A DNA stretch of 64,000 bases from Perna viridis (Eukaryota). Location: assembly GCA_037379345.1 (NCBI GenBank), contig CM074521.1, forward strand, positions 32,264,704 to 32,328,703, read 5' to 3'. A model generated the notes under the pieces. It was not told where the DNA came from. It did not search any database and was given only the letters and a program-made list of their open reading frames with translations. This document shows positions 12,401 through 25,520 of the stretch, one piece after another (positions within the stretch are counted from its first letter, which is position 1; every line of letters starts with the position of its first letter). Made by a program: the position numbers and the translations under genes.

Positions 12401-15326
12401 AAATTGGGAGAGGGGATATAGTCAGGCAATTAAGCCTCCTGTAGCAAAACACAAAGGTTTTTACTCCTATCGAATACCACAGCTAGTTTCTTAAACGTGC
12501 GAGGAGTCTTTCCCAACACGGTGCACCACTATGGTTTGCAGTCAGGTTTTCCGTATTACGGCCTGACGACTCCAGCATGTAGCATGTAGCATGCCAGGGG
12601 TACTCCATTCGACCACTAGTAGCTCTGTGTGTACAGCACCCTAGCCCCCGGCCAGGGTTCTGAACACTGTTTAGTCGCCTTTTACGACAAAATTAGGACT
12701 GCTGTGGCTCTATTCTTTTGACACCCGGGCCCGCACGGGCTAATTGAATAAGTGTATGAAACATGCAAATATAATGTTCCCCTTCATCATCATATCAAAC
12801 TTTTGATCTTATAGATTTCATTACCGGATTTGAAAGTTTCTGCTTAGCCGCGCGTGTGAAATTAGATGGACATCTGGATATTATAGAACGATTTTGTGAT
12901 TCCACACTACCTGGACTATATTACACTAACATCATTGGTATGCCAGACCCTGGTGATCTTACAACTGCCCGATCTAACACTACAGCTGACTCCCGAGGTA
13001 CAGGAGTAAAGAAAGAGAAGCCTCCATTGTCTGAGGGTAGGTTGTATATTGCATAGAAATCTGTTTAATTAAACACCTTCAATAAATTGTTCTGTTTATT
13101 TGGGTGTTTTATTTACACAGGTTCAATCTGTCAGTTAATATTTACTAGTTATGTTGAATTAAGCAATTTGAAGTAAGTAAGCTATTAAGTGTCCATTATA
13201 ACGTGTTTATTTCAATACTGTTTCCACGCATGCTCATAAAGTATTTGAAATCTGGAAATAACGATTCCTTGCATGTTTATAACTCATAATACCATCCTTC
13301 GTTGACATGTAACAAACATTTGTCCATAAGTAGTTTGGGCAGAAAATTCCAACTCTTTATTTTCTCACTTTATGGGTTTTGTAACAGGACCAAATTATAA
13401 CTCGTACCTGATAATTATAATACATGTAGCTCATGGTTATCAATTATTATACAAAATGTAGTTCGTGGTTAACAATTATAGCTTGTGGTTAACAATTATA
13501 ATTCGTGGCTAACCATTATAGCTTGTGCTTAACAATTATAGCTTGTGCTTAACAATAATAGCTTGTGGTTAACAATTATAATTCGTGGATAACAATTATA
13601 GCTTGTGCTTAACAATTATAGCTTGTGGTTAACAAGTACAGTTCGTGGTTAACAGTTAATCTTGTCATCTTGAGTTCCTATTCTGCCTTCCTGTTACAGA
13701 TTTGTCCTTAGACAACCAACATTTTTGTAAATGGTTGCATGTGATCATCTGTTCTGTCTTTGCAGGTTTGATAGCCACAGTTGTATTTATACCATCTATG
13801 GTAGTTGTAAGCATTGTCGCAGTCGTTGGTTGGTTTGTCTACAGGTAGGTCAAATTATTTTATAAATATTGAGACATAAATAAAGGTTCCTATGCAGTGT
13901 TGTGTTCAAACGTGTCTTCCTAGTTCATTTATATTATCTCTGTTGTAAGACACTTTGTCTTATATAGATCTATCTGACGTATGACCTTATAGGTAATGAA
14001 AGTCGCTCTCAACCGCCATTCTTAAAAAATGCCGTTGACGTATGAGGGACAAATGCTTCTTTTACGAATTGCTCGTCATGAGTTAATAACACCAAGTATA
14101 GTAATACATGAATGTGTTTGATAAAGCGAGATGCTAATACCGGTATTCGGTGGGTCGTTGTCTTGGGTTAGGGAAAATTTAAGGGTGAGCAGCTGTGAAA
14201 TCAAGTACCCCTAGCTTCCTTTTTATATTCTGAGGATCATCAAAATACATATCTTATTTTATATATTGTTATACAAATAAGATCAATTATAACCGAACAG
14301 GCTTGCTGATGCTTGTTAAGTTATACTTCAATTTGATTACTTGTGCATTCATATATACCCAATCTTAATACATGTTCGTCAGCCTTACCAGACACTAATT
14401 TTAACTGACTTCCTATTGGTATCATATACAGATGTAATTTGAATGATTAAGACGTAAGCTCTTCCAGTGACCTATTCCTATCACATTGTATCTTGTATGT
14501 AACACCCCATTCTTTCCATGGTCGTTGACGTGCTTACGGATTAGCGGTAACTCAATCACACAAGTGTATTAAAAATTCTACATAAAATAAACCGGTAAAA
14601 CAGAAATTATCAACAGTTTATCATTGAAATATAGCTTAGCTTGAATGTTTTCGGTTCTATTTCAGGTGTGGCAAATGCTGTAATCAAAATCGAGAAAATA
14701 CCGGAAAGTTTGTTCATTTTGAGCCTACTTCGAGTTGCGAAGTTTCCGAAAAAGTCTCAGAAATGACGTCTAAAACTCTAAATGTCGAAAATGAATATTA
14801 TGAACCTGATGAAACATATTACGTCATCGGAAGTGACACGTATACAGAAGTAAAAGATTCATATTGCGACCCGAAAGTACTGCCTCTTAACAACGCTGTA
14901 GACAGAAGTTACGTTGGAGTGGACCAATATGCTGGTAGTAGTGAGTCAGACAATTACAACACGCTCACAAGAGATAAACATGCCTGTATAGATATGGAGG
15001 CTGTTAAATCGAACTCAAATCAGTACCATACGCTTACACGGGGTATTAACCTAGCAGACGCAACTCATGGTGAAAAGATATCGACTTACGACAGAATGTC
15101 CTCAATTAGAAGGGCAAAAAATAACACCGATACTTCTGGCAGTCTTGGTAGTTTAGATTCATTACACAATGCTTCTGGTATTTATGACACCGTAGTTCTT
15201 AACGAGGATAGTCGAAGTAATTCCAAAGAAAACCCAAGAAAAACGGATAATTATGATAATGTGCAGAACGACATCCAACCCCAGGACGAAGACGACCAAT
15301 ATGACCACTTGGATAATGCTATTTAA
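6418..15326 (+). CDS. Type-I transmembrane receptor, 591 aa: signal peptide, C-type-lectin-like halves flanking a WSC domain, second lectin-like unit, TM, Tyr-rich tail. Exons 6418-6475, 8358-8540, 8766-8881, 9770-9917, 10758-10892, 11303-11476, 12815-13036, 13766-13844, 14666-15326
   Basis: All 8 introns are GT-AG with matching phases (1,1,0,1,1,1,1,2); total 1776 nt = 592 codons including stop. Signal peptide MDFIKLFIFCGCISFVNG. WSC signature YLGCY...CVKSC...YFGLQ..KCVC...C...C...C...VY. TM LIATVVFIPSMVVVSIVAVVGWFVY. The last exon contains supplied ORF 14763-15326. Confidence 0.85.
10180..10640 (-). mobile_element. Penelope-like element fragment (RT C-terminus plus downstream non-coding part)
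   Basis: Minus frame RLKSSLQKFYGRHHELVDRY, followed by the non-coding block shared with 1226-1520, 43212-43396 and 61640-61745. Confidence 0.75.
11735..12075 (-). mobile_element. Penelope-like reverse transcriptase fragment
   Basis: IY..LEIKDTTDT..YLD.HLEID...TKLYDKRDDF..F...NIPSVPAY.VFMSQLIR, a characteristic PLE RT segment; frameshifted. Confidence 0.8.
12237..12740 (-). mobile_element. Short non-autonomous retroelement (family A), copy 1, in intron 6 of the receptor gene
   Basis: Homologous to 25521-25935 and 60244-60770. 12-bp TSD taattaaataag (12225-12236) / taattgaataag (12741-12752); (CAAT)n-like tail. Confidence 0.8.
13425..13655. repeat. 20-bp minisatellite (aacaattatagcttgtggtt) in receptor intron 7
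   Basis: About 11 tandem units. Confidence 0.9.
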
Positions 15327-16959
15327 ATGTTGGATTTAAAATTAAAATTTCATTTCTAAATTAAATATGCGGACCATATTAGGTACAGTCAAGAAATTTT
15401 TAAAGGGTATAAAGCTTTCAAATATATTATACTTATTGAAAAAAACAATGAACGTACTATGAACATCTCACTTTGACTCTTTGGTAAAAAACTGTCTATC
15501 ATAGAATTATAGATAAAACATATTGTTAACTTAAATACAATGTTTTACGTGTTTTGTTGAATACGCTGAAACGGCTTTAATTTGTGACAAGATCATAAAC
15601 GGTCGCCGTACTATACAGAAAAGAACCTATGCTATTTGTATAACAAAGATATTGTGAAGTTGTTACACTATAATTGGTTGTTTTACATGTTACATTTCAA
15701 TAGGGCGTGTAAGTCTCGTCACGTGACTTCAGAGAATAGGTCCCTAACTCGTGTCCGAAAGCCTGGATAGTGGTCGTGGAATAAAAAGTGCTCCTTGCTG
15801 CAATCTTATTTAAAAATCTCTTCTGCCAAAATAGGAGGATAAACATATAAGGCTAAACTATAACTATACAATAATAAGTTTGGTAATAATACAAAATAGA
15901 AAGTTATTATAACTTTTAATTACATGATGTACCGAAAGTAGCAATCTAGATATATTTGAATGCTGTAAACAGCAAAATTCCGGATAAAAATACATCGAGA
16001 AAAAGACTTACAAGCCCTATACAGCGAAACTGACACAAACACAATCAACGCATGACAGGAACCACAGTAAACTGCAAAACCGAAATCACATTTTAAATGC
16101 ATTGAAACACAAGAATGAAAACAACTTATTTTTACATTAAATTTTGTATGCGTGAAATAAATTTTAGCAAACAAAATAAACATAATCGAGAAAAGGACAC
16201 TTCAAGATTGCTGCACCGGATTCTTTGTGAGTAACTTTCTTGATCAAGCTGAAGTCGACGGATCCAAATACATTTTTCATTTACAAAAAAGGTATAGCGA
16301 TTCCGATAACCACGCTATCATTTTCTCTTTTCGACTAAATTCTACAAAGATTATAAAAGGGTGACCCAATGCCGATACCATTCTGAAGCATGTATCCTCC
16401 CCTTTTATGGTAGGTCATAAATGAACTGAAACAACAATCAAACACACCATAACATTTTCTCCTTGAAATACTTTTTAGTATGAAAATACCAACAAAACTA
16501 CCAGCATTAGAAATAATCGGTCTCAACATCATTCCCATTCGTGCATTGATTTTTCTTTTCTTTTTGGTCATTTGCATATTGTTAATTCAAATATTTTTAT
16601 CAATGGCGTATAGATTTTCTATGTATTATCCTCATTTGCACATTGCTGCTTCGGTTATTTGGACGGATAACTTTATCCAATCACGATTGGTCAACACAAC
16701 GCAAAATGGTACAAAATTATTTTGCAATGACTCCAATGCTGGATGGTCCAAATTGAGTGCAAATATTGAGAAAAAAAACTAGTAAAACTCCCCCATTGAT
16801 TTGAAGCAAATTAGCACTATAATAGTATGCAGATGCTAGTGAAGACCAGTTATTGTCCTATTGATCAGATGAATATAGTATACATTGTATATTCACTACT
16901 CTAAGTATAGAATTTATCGTTCTTGATGAAAGAACTATGATGGAATGGAATATCTTAAT

Positions 16960-17940
16960 TGACGTATATCCAGTACCTCACTACATCTGTCATGAAGAAC
17001 AAAATATCGTAACTCACGTATTCTGTACCTCACTAAACCTGTCCTGAGGAACAAAACATCGTAACTCAAGTATATTCTGTATCTCGCTACACCTGTCCAG
17101 GAGAACAAAATATCGTAACTCACGTATTCTTACCTCATTACATCTGTCCTGGGAGAAAATATCGTAATTCACGTATTCTGTACCTCACTACACCTGTCCT
17201 GATGAACCAAATATTGTAACTCACATATTCTGTACTGCACTACATCTGTCCTGAGGAACAACATATCGTAACACACGTATTCTGTACCTCACTACACCTG
17301 TCCTGAGGAACAAATACCGTAACTCCAGTATATTCTGTATCTCGCTACATCTGTCCAGGAGAACTAAATATCGTAGTTCACGTATTCCTTACCTTATTAC
17401 ATCTGTCCTGGGGTACAAAATATCGTAACTCACATATTCTGTACTGCACTACATTTGTCCTGAGGAACAAAATATCGTAACTCACGTACATGTATTCTGT
17501 ACTGCACTACATCTGTCATGAGAAACAAAATATCGTAACTCACGTATTCCTTACCTCATTACATCTGTCCTGTGGAACAAAATATCGTAACTAAAGTATT
17601 CTGTACTGCACTACATCTGTCCTGAGGAACGAAATATCGTACCTAACGTATTCTGTACTGCATTACATCTGTCCTGAGGAACAAAATATCGTAACTCGTG
17701 TATTCTGTATCTCACTGCACCTGCCATAAGGTACAAAATATCGTAACTGACATATTCTGTGTCTCATTACATCTGCCATGAGGAACAAAATAGCGTAACT
17801 CACGTATTCTTTAGTTTGCTACACCTGCCCCAAGGACACGTATTCAGTATATCACTTCACCTGTCCCGAGAAATCACATATTCTGTGCCTCACTACATCT
17901 GTCGTGAAGAACAGAATATCGTAACTCACATATTCTATAC
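16960..17940. repeat. Minisatellite, about 52-bp unit (tattctgtacctcactacatctgtcctgaggaacaaaatatcgtaactcacg)
   Basis: About 18-19 tandem units. Confidence 0.92.
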
Positions 17941-19420
17941 TTGGGTTTATGAAGATGGCGATCGTACCAAAAGGAGCATTCATAAACTTTTGTGATATAC
18001 ACGTTTTGCACTAGTGTGTATAACAAATCGCCTGCCCGGACAGGGTTGTGTGGGTTTCTTCAGACAATTAGATAAACTACTTATATTTTATCACTTTAAT
18101 GAATATTGTGTGTTTAGCTGTGTTAGTATAAGTAAATGTAGTGTTTTTAATTAGTGAAAAAAAAAGACCAAGAGATAAAAAAAAATAGTTCTTTATAGAA
18201 ATGATACATGTACGTGTTCACAAAGAAACAAAGTCATAGTTGATGCTGTATAAGAAATTGGTTCCAAAAAGGGTCAACCGTGATTATCATGTCAATACAA
18301 GACAATAGCTTAAGAGTTATACAAATTTATCTTGTAAAAAATTAAAAAGATGTATTAAAAAAAGGGTATTTGAGTTAAAAATTCTTAATCCATTGGTGTT
18401 GATGGAATACGTATAGTTTTTGTCATGTAAGTGATAAGAATAATTTTAGTGAACCCGTCTACAGCTTTTAGTTGGTTGATTAAAACGTGACCAGTGAAGA
18501 AATAGAAACAAGTTTTTTTATGTTGAAAAAAGAACATCCTGTTATGTTCAAGATTTGCATTTCCATAATTGTTTTTTCTCGATTTAATAGCAAACAAATC
18601 GGAAAACATTCATAACTTTAAATATTTACTAAACAAAATATTCCATTTAGCTTAATGCTAGTGCATGATATTGCAATATATACTGACCGCTACCTTTGAC
18701 CAATTTAAAAATCATATACATTAAATCCAGTGTAACATTTTCCCAAGTCTTTGCCATTGTCAACACTACATTTGATGAATTCCTAGTCAACACAATCTTA
18801 TGCAAGAACAAAAAAACAAATATTATAATCTACATTTTACGTGATTTTGTAAGCATGCCTGGGTCGATAGTTCAAAAAGTAGATCGATCTGAACTTTGTA
18901 TCCATCGTAGAAGGTATTAAAAACAATTTTGGTGTTAATCATATCTTAGGAAAACAAATGTGAATCTGTGTTGGTCATCATTTCATTATTCATCGACAAC
19001 ATCACTGTCAGATTTCTCAGAACAATTATTGCCTCCCGGCTAGTTAGCGACAACATCACAACAGTACTGTAGCTTTGCAGTAAACGTTTGCATATTCTAA
19101 ATACAGAGTTAAAACACGACAACTGACAGTTTGTACATGTATTCAAAAGATAAGTCCATTTAGTATTCTGGAAACAATTTTAAAGCCATTTAGCTAATCT
19201 GGTTATAAAACGTGCATTGTACATCTTTTGTTAAAATGTTTACTGTTTGTCAAAATCTTGGCTTTTCCTAGTTTGTCAAATGTTATTTTGTACATTAGGG
19301 TTAATTGTGTAGTTGCGGTACAATCTACAGCAACAAAATCGAACAAGCAACTGAACATAATGACGAATCACATTTCCATGTTGAACACGAATCTAAACCT
19401 TTCTTAAGTCCGGGATCCAG

Positions 19421-22400
19421 TTACTTGTAAAATTTGACTTCAGACTCCGATATGTCTTTGAAAAGATCTTGTACATCTCCCATACTACTGTCACTGAAGT
19501 TTTGTAGAAACTCTTGCATCTCCGAAATACAGTTTTGTTCTAACTGCTGCATTGTTGACAGTAACCGTTGGCCACCAGAATCATCGCTTTCCATCTTTGG
19601 CCGTGCATGCTCATGTGCAATATAAAGTGGATGTCTTCTGTCAGAATTCGTTTGGATACTGGCACGTGCTCTTTCACCACTAGATGGCGAAATTGTTGCT
19701 TTACCTATGTCGACTGACGGGCAAAAAACAAACGGCTTGAATACGGATACCACGGGATTTGGAGTCGCGGTAAACCAATGACAATGTGGAATATTGGACT
19801 CAAGTGACAATACTGAAATCTGACTTCCAGTGGTAAGTAAATCTCCCATGAAGTTTATGCCACAAACTTCATTCCGTAAAACTTCACGCATGCATTCCAT
19901 GTTAAATGAACCTACGAATATAAGAACAAAATCAATATAAATTGCTACTTTTATGGATAGTATTGAACGAAAAAGTAATACATAAAATATCATTCGGCTG
20001 TTGCACTTCCGGGATCAATTTTATTTAGATTTTTGTATGAAACTGGCACTCATCACTCTTGATTTGATTGGTTAAAGTGGTAGAGTTTCTTAAATATTGA
20101 ATATTGGAAGGAATGTAATTGTTACGTAAAAATATAACACAAAGACAAAAGAAGCTTTGTTTGTTCAGTGGGTTCTACACCATTAGTGTGATTTTTTTTC
20201 GGACTGCTACTTTTAAAAATCTTTAAAACTACAATCGTTTGTACCTACCATCTTGTGAGAAATTTTTCATCAACTTCTCGCCTTCAGCTTGTCTATGTTG
20301 AGGCTTTTGAATATCTGTCAGAGACAAACCATCAAATTCGTCGGAGAACGCTTGGCAAAAATTGAAATTGTCGCTCCCAGCTTTCCAGTACCCGGATTCT
20401 GTCGCTTTCTCGACGACACCTGGGGACAACTTATCGTAGTTATCCTCAATACGGAGACAACTCGAAATGTTATAAGATCCTTCTGTAATATATAATTGAG
20501 CATATTTTTAAAAACTTCTAGAAATAACTCACAATAGGATTTGGGGTAGTTTTTGTGCTTATTCGATGTAGCAGAGTTAAAAAGTGTGATTGCAATCAAC
20601 GCTCCAATTTGTATTTGCTTTGTTTCCTAATAAAGTAAAAACATAGGCAAGGTCTTATTTTAATAAACAATCTAAACTTATCTTTCTTAACGGTCATTTT
20701 CGATCTAAGCTTAAATGTCTTTATGGCATTCATATTATGAGATGCATGTAGAAAACAACCCGATTTCGTGTAGATATTAAAGGTAAGGAGCTTGGTTTGT
20801 CTACATGAACACAACGCATGAACCTACTAGTATAATCAATGTTTAAAATTAAAAAGAACGACTTGAAAACATGGGGGGTCAGAGGGGGAGGGTTTCCCCG
20901 TTTTATGCTTGAAAAGATTGATTGCTCTTTTTCAAATTTCATGAACCATCATTGTAAGCAAATTTAAATTTAGAAATTCCAAAAACAATTACTTACATGT
21001 ATCCCTTTTAAACACCTCCAATATATTACACTCATTGTACAAACTGTATACATTTGCGAAAACACAATGAAATCACCTTTGTATATACAAGATACGTGCC
21101 TGATATTCGTTTTGCGGCCCAAAAATCTCCTGCTGTTTCTAAAACCCAGGCCTCTGTTGTGTCTACAAATAGAAAGGTTGTATTATAAGACCACTGTCCA
21201 AAGTTATGGTCTTCACTAGTAAGCCCACACTGTCCGTGTTTACCAAGTAAATGTGTTACAGTATCAAGCGCCTCTTGAGCAGTGCAGCACCGTTCCAATC
21301 CTAACCTGAAAGAACAAAATAAATGTTCACTTACATAAATGATTAATACAACTTCAAAACCCAGCTAGCCCCGGATTCATTTAGGCTACAATGTCAAATG
21401 CAAGAAAAAAGACACTTACTGGATTTATTTGTAAAGGAAGTGGCAAAACGTGAGAATGGCCTTTTGAGCTATAAGTGTCGTTTCAACTGTTAAATGATCA
21501 TAATAAAAGCTAGTACATTATACTAATATCAAATGTCATCATTTCTTTTCTGCTTCTTTGAGGAAATTAATAAGAAAATATAGTATAATTATTTTCATGA
21601 TAAACGACAAAACAAGAATGTCCATATCAATATCTATATGAATACGAGTTTTACAATCCACTTAAATACTACTTGTACAGTTAGTATATATGGGTTACAA
21701 CGCTTGCTCGTTCACCAGAAATATACCTTACATAGTCAACGCCTAGCAACTTTTCACTGTGGTCCCCTTGGTGACAAAGCTTGGTCCATACTGCAGTACA
21801 TCCGATACAGAGCCCCTTATCGTTGGCTCCCATTTCTGCACCCCATGTCCATGCTGCCTTACTTAATATTACAGCATTGGTCTTTTCAACTTGGTCTATC
21901 TCCACGAGAGTGCACTGTGGATACGATACTGACACTTAGTTTTGTAAATATTTCATATCAACGAGAGACCATTGATGTAATCTTAATAATCATGTTGCAT
22001 TAATTAATGTATGTTAAAATGTTAAGAGAGCATGACCACATGATAAGGCCTACTTAATTAAGCACGTAAAGCAGGGCATTATCGATTAATTGATTGTCCT
22101 TGTGAAGTGTTACTGCCTTCAACATTGATATTTGCCCTCGCCTGCGACTCGTGTCATTATTGATCACGTGTTTTGATATCAAAGTTTCAGGCAATATTAC
22201 TTAAACAGTCAATTTATCGAAAATGTCCTCTTTATAAGCAACTATTGTATAACTATTGATAAATGTTACAACGAGATATATCTGAACGAAAACCATGTAG
22301 TTAATTAATGATGATCAATATTCCATCGAAAAATGTAGCAAAAAGAGAAGATTCTCTATCTCTATATTTTCACCAAACCCAGTATAAACTTATGGAAAAC

Positions 22401-23275
22401 TCGTACAAACTATGTTTCAGTTATAGAAACCAGAACAAGACATACATGTATTAATATAGCTAGATGTCAATCCTTCTTTATGGTCACATATTTAGGGTCA
22501 TTGCGTTTACATGTAGATTTGTGGGCGCCAAAGTGTATTGTAATTAAGTATACATTTCATGTCAATCAAATTATCTTAAGTCGTAGATGGAGCAAAACAT
22601 TTGCATCTGTTTGCTTAAAATAATTGTAAATTAGAAGATTGTACACATGAGTGACTGTTATATCTGCCTAATCAAAATAGGCTGGCTATGTTTTTATAAA
22701 AAAAAAAAGAAAAAGAAAAAAAAAACAGCACCTTGGTATTAGAATTTGTATACAGTAGTTACTCGATACACTATCAGTGACGGATACAGAGAAACATCTG
22801 AAGTGGAGGCACTAGAAGGTCCACAAAAAAATTCATGATTAATGCATTTTAATGCATGCATTTACTAAAACAATTACGATATTTTCATAAATTTTGCACA
22901 TTCATAAGGGGGTCCGAGCCCCCGCCTCTCTTAGATCCGTCTAAGATTCTATAGACCCTTTCGTGTAACTCCAGTGTGGTCAATGAGAATATATAGGGTC
23001 CGTTACAGACACTTACAAACTACATGTAACCTGAACAGCGATGACTTTGGAGTCAAATGGAAAGGGATACGCATAGTTTCATATCAAATAAAGTTTGCAT
23101 TTTTCGCAAAAAATTAAAGCATTCGAATACATACCATAACTTTTGTCCCCGGAGCATATTCATAGGAAGGATAATAGACTACTTCTTGAACTTCAGAAGG
23201 AGGCCGATCTGAATTCTTACCAAAGATCACACAACCAGAAGTAGATGGTGGAAAAGCTACAAATACGTCAGACAT
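19421..23275 (-). CDS. SCRN: Secernin-family protein (peptidase C69, Ntn-hydrolase fold), 419 aa. Exons 23275-23135, 21914-21727, 21305-21100, 20482-20249, 19911-19421
   Basis: Motifs [81 protein letters not shown] and C-terminal ESEVKFYK. Exons sum to 1260 nt; phases 0,2,1,1; intron 3 needs a GC donor. Confidence 0.92.
22073..22230. mobile_element. Degenerate palindromic MITE (Crypton-like non-autonomous element; family inferred) in secernin intron 1
   Basis: gggcattatcgattaattgattgt..gccttcaacattgatat pairs with atatcaaagtttcaggc..acagtcaatttatcgaaaatgtcc around a GC-rich centre. Confidence 0.55.
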
Positions 23276-25520
23276 TTTCTACAAAAAATGACAAAACAAC
23301 ATATATAAAATAAAAAAAAAATACTGTACCGATCATAAATATTGCAAATTTCGATATGCCGTACAAATGTTTCAAGGAGTAAACTCTCATCATCAGCATT
23401 AGAATCAAATACATGTATGTAGGAAGATTAATTATTATACTTGGGGTACTTAAAACCACAACCATCGAAATAGGAAGTCAAACTCGAATCATGATAGACC
23501 TTTATGTCAGATTCATTCATTGATGCCGTGGTGAAGTTTTTGGATCTTTGACATACCATACGTATTTTGGTTATATTTGCCATCATCCATCTGATATTAA
23601 CTGGTAAAAACACAATTAAGCCTAACACATCTTTTTATTATCTCTTGTTCATTTTGTTCATTTTGTTTCCACCTAGATCTGATTTCAACAATTTCCAAAG
23701 TACATAAGAATTGGTTACAAAGATAATTTGACTCCGAGTGTAATTTTTGTAATTTCAAAGGACAATTAACTACGAAATGTTTCTCAGCATCATTTGAGTT
23801 TGTAGAATGTGGTAAACATCATTGAAACCTTTCTTTATTATTTAATTGTATCTTTCATTCCTAATTCTAAGACCATGAACACTAGCTCTCATTTTACAAA
23901 TAGCTATCCTTTCACAAACTTTTTAAATTGATAAATAATTAAGCCCTCTTCACAACGTTAGCCTTGTGATACAAATAATATTTCCTTCCGATAAAATATC
24001 TGCTCTTGTGTAACCATAATGATTCATAACTTTCACAAAGCTTGCATTTTGCCAACTTACTACATCTTTAGAAGTAATTCTAGTGATATATCTATTTAGA
24101 CACACAGAAATCTATTATGTACAATTTAATATTAGAATCACTGTCTTATTACACTTCTCTATACCAGTAAATTTAACCCTGATAATGGTCACATCGATTG
24201 TAGCATACCAAAGGTTAGTAATTACACCACTGAAATGTTGTGTTGGCTATTGATTTTCATTGGAATGTTTTGAATGAGGAATACACATCCTACGATTCAT
24301 TACAAATAGTATAAAAACTGTTTTTTGCGATTTTTCAGTTTAATATCCTAAAATGCCATAACGAAGTATAAGCAACATATACGGTCGTATCTCCCCATCA
24401 TATGACAGTTTAGTGGAATAAACAGAAGTGTATCGTCACCTGTAGAAGTTGCAGTCACAATAAAGGCAAAGCAGGCCTCAGAAAATAGGGTCACATCAAA
24501 ATTTCAAAAACATTAGTACATCCCTTCCATTAAGACAATTAATTAGATCCCCTGCGAAGAGACGGACATTTAGTATACAAATTACGTGTATGTTGGCCCA
24601 AAATCAGAACCCCGATTGACTCTTACATTTACTGATATACATGTAATAGAAAGCAGCTTGTAAGAATTATATAATCCGGAATATCAACGGGCGATTCAAG
24701 GTTTAACAGAATGCAGGCTTTCACTATAATGATCAAGATCTGTATAGACTAACTGACTTCAATTATTTTATCTTCAATTACTTTTTCCTGTTCAATAATC
24801 GTTGAATAACTATTCAAAGAAAACTCGTTAGTTTCGAAGTTTTGTCGTTATTATCTTTTAACAAGATTGGGATGGGCGTAGCTTAGAAAGTGAATTTTGC
24901 GTATTTGTGGATTAACTCGGTTCCAGTTTAATTCTAATGCAACCTAGCTGTTTGAAAACTTTTAATGTCTTTTTTTTTCTAATTTTAATAATATTATTAA
25001 ACTTGTGATTTTAAAGACAGATTTTACACAGTATAAATTATATTCAAATATTGATGAAATAATCGGTTTCCAGAAATAACAATTGTGATGTTTTACTGTC
25101 TACGCAAAGGACAAGGATTGTGTGTAAAGTACTCAAAGTGTAAGTCTTTCTAAAAATCAGGCAAAATGGGAAAAATCAGAAATACAAAAACCCACCGAAC
25201 TGACAATATCATTTCACTCAAGGATGATCATCTATTTAAAAAAAAACACTATTTAGTCTCTGTATCACTGGATTTGTTAAGAAATATTTCAATAGAATGT
25301 TAGATCATGAAACTATAACTCAATTTACCACAATGATATGGAAAATCGTGTCTTTTTTCCTTGATTCTGATGGTGTAACTAGCCAAATAACTTTCATAAA
25401 TGTTGTTTTTTGTCTTACATGTACATATGTACCATGTCTCACTCACTGCCTGCTTCTTACAGAGAATGACACTTAATATGCAGACGAAATGACCCATGAT
25501 TGTATTCCCATTGAAGAACG

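Noticed and set aside
15716-15728. Perfect CLEAR-like palindrome GTCACGTGAC downstream of the receptor stop
   Set aside because: Single isolated motif with no supported TSS nearby.
15900-16782. ORFs 15920-16183, 16335-16577, 16480-16782 and a possible RTLQDCCTGFF|gtgagt mini-exon
   Set aside because: No recognisable domain and no consistent exon chain.
16960-17940. CRISPR-like regular repeats (also 46476-47010 and 1620-2345)
   Set aside because: Units are contiguous with no unique spacers, there are no cas genes, and the context is eukaryotic.
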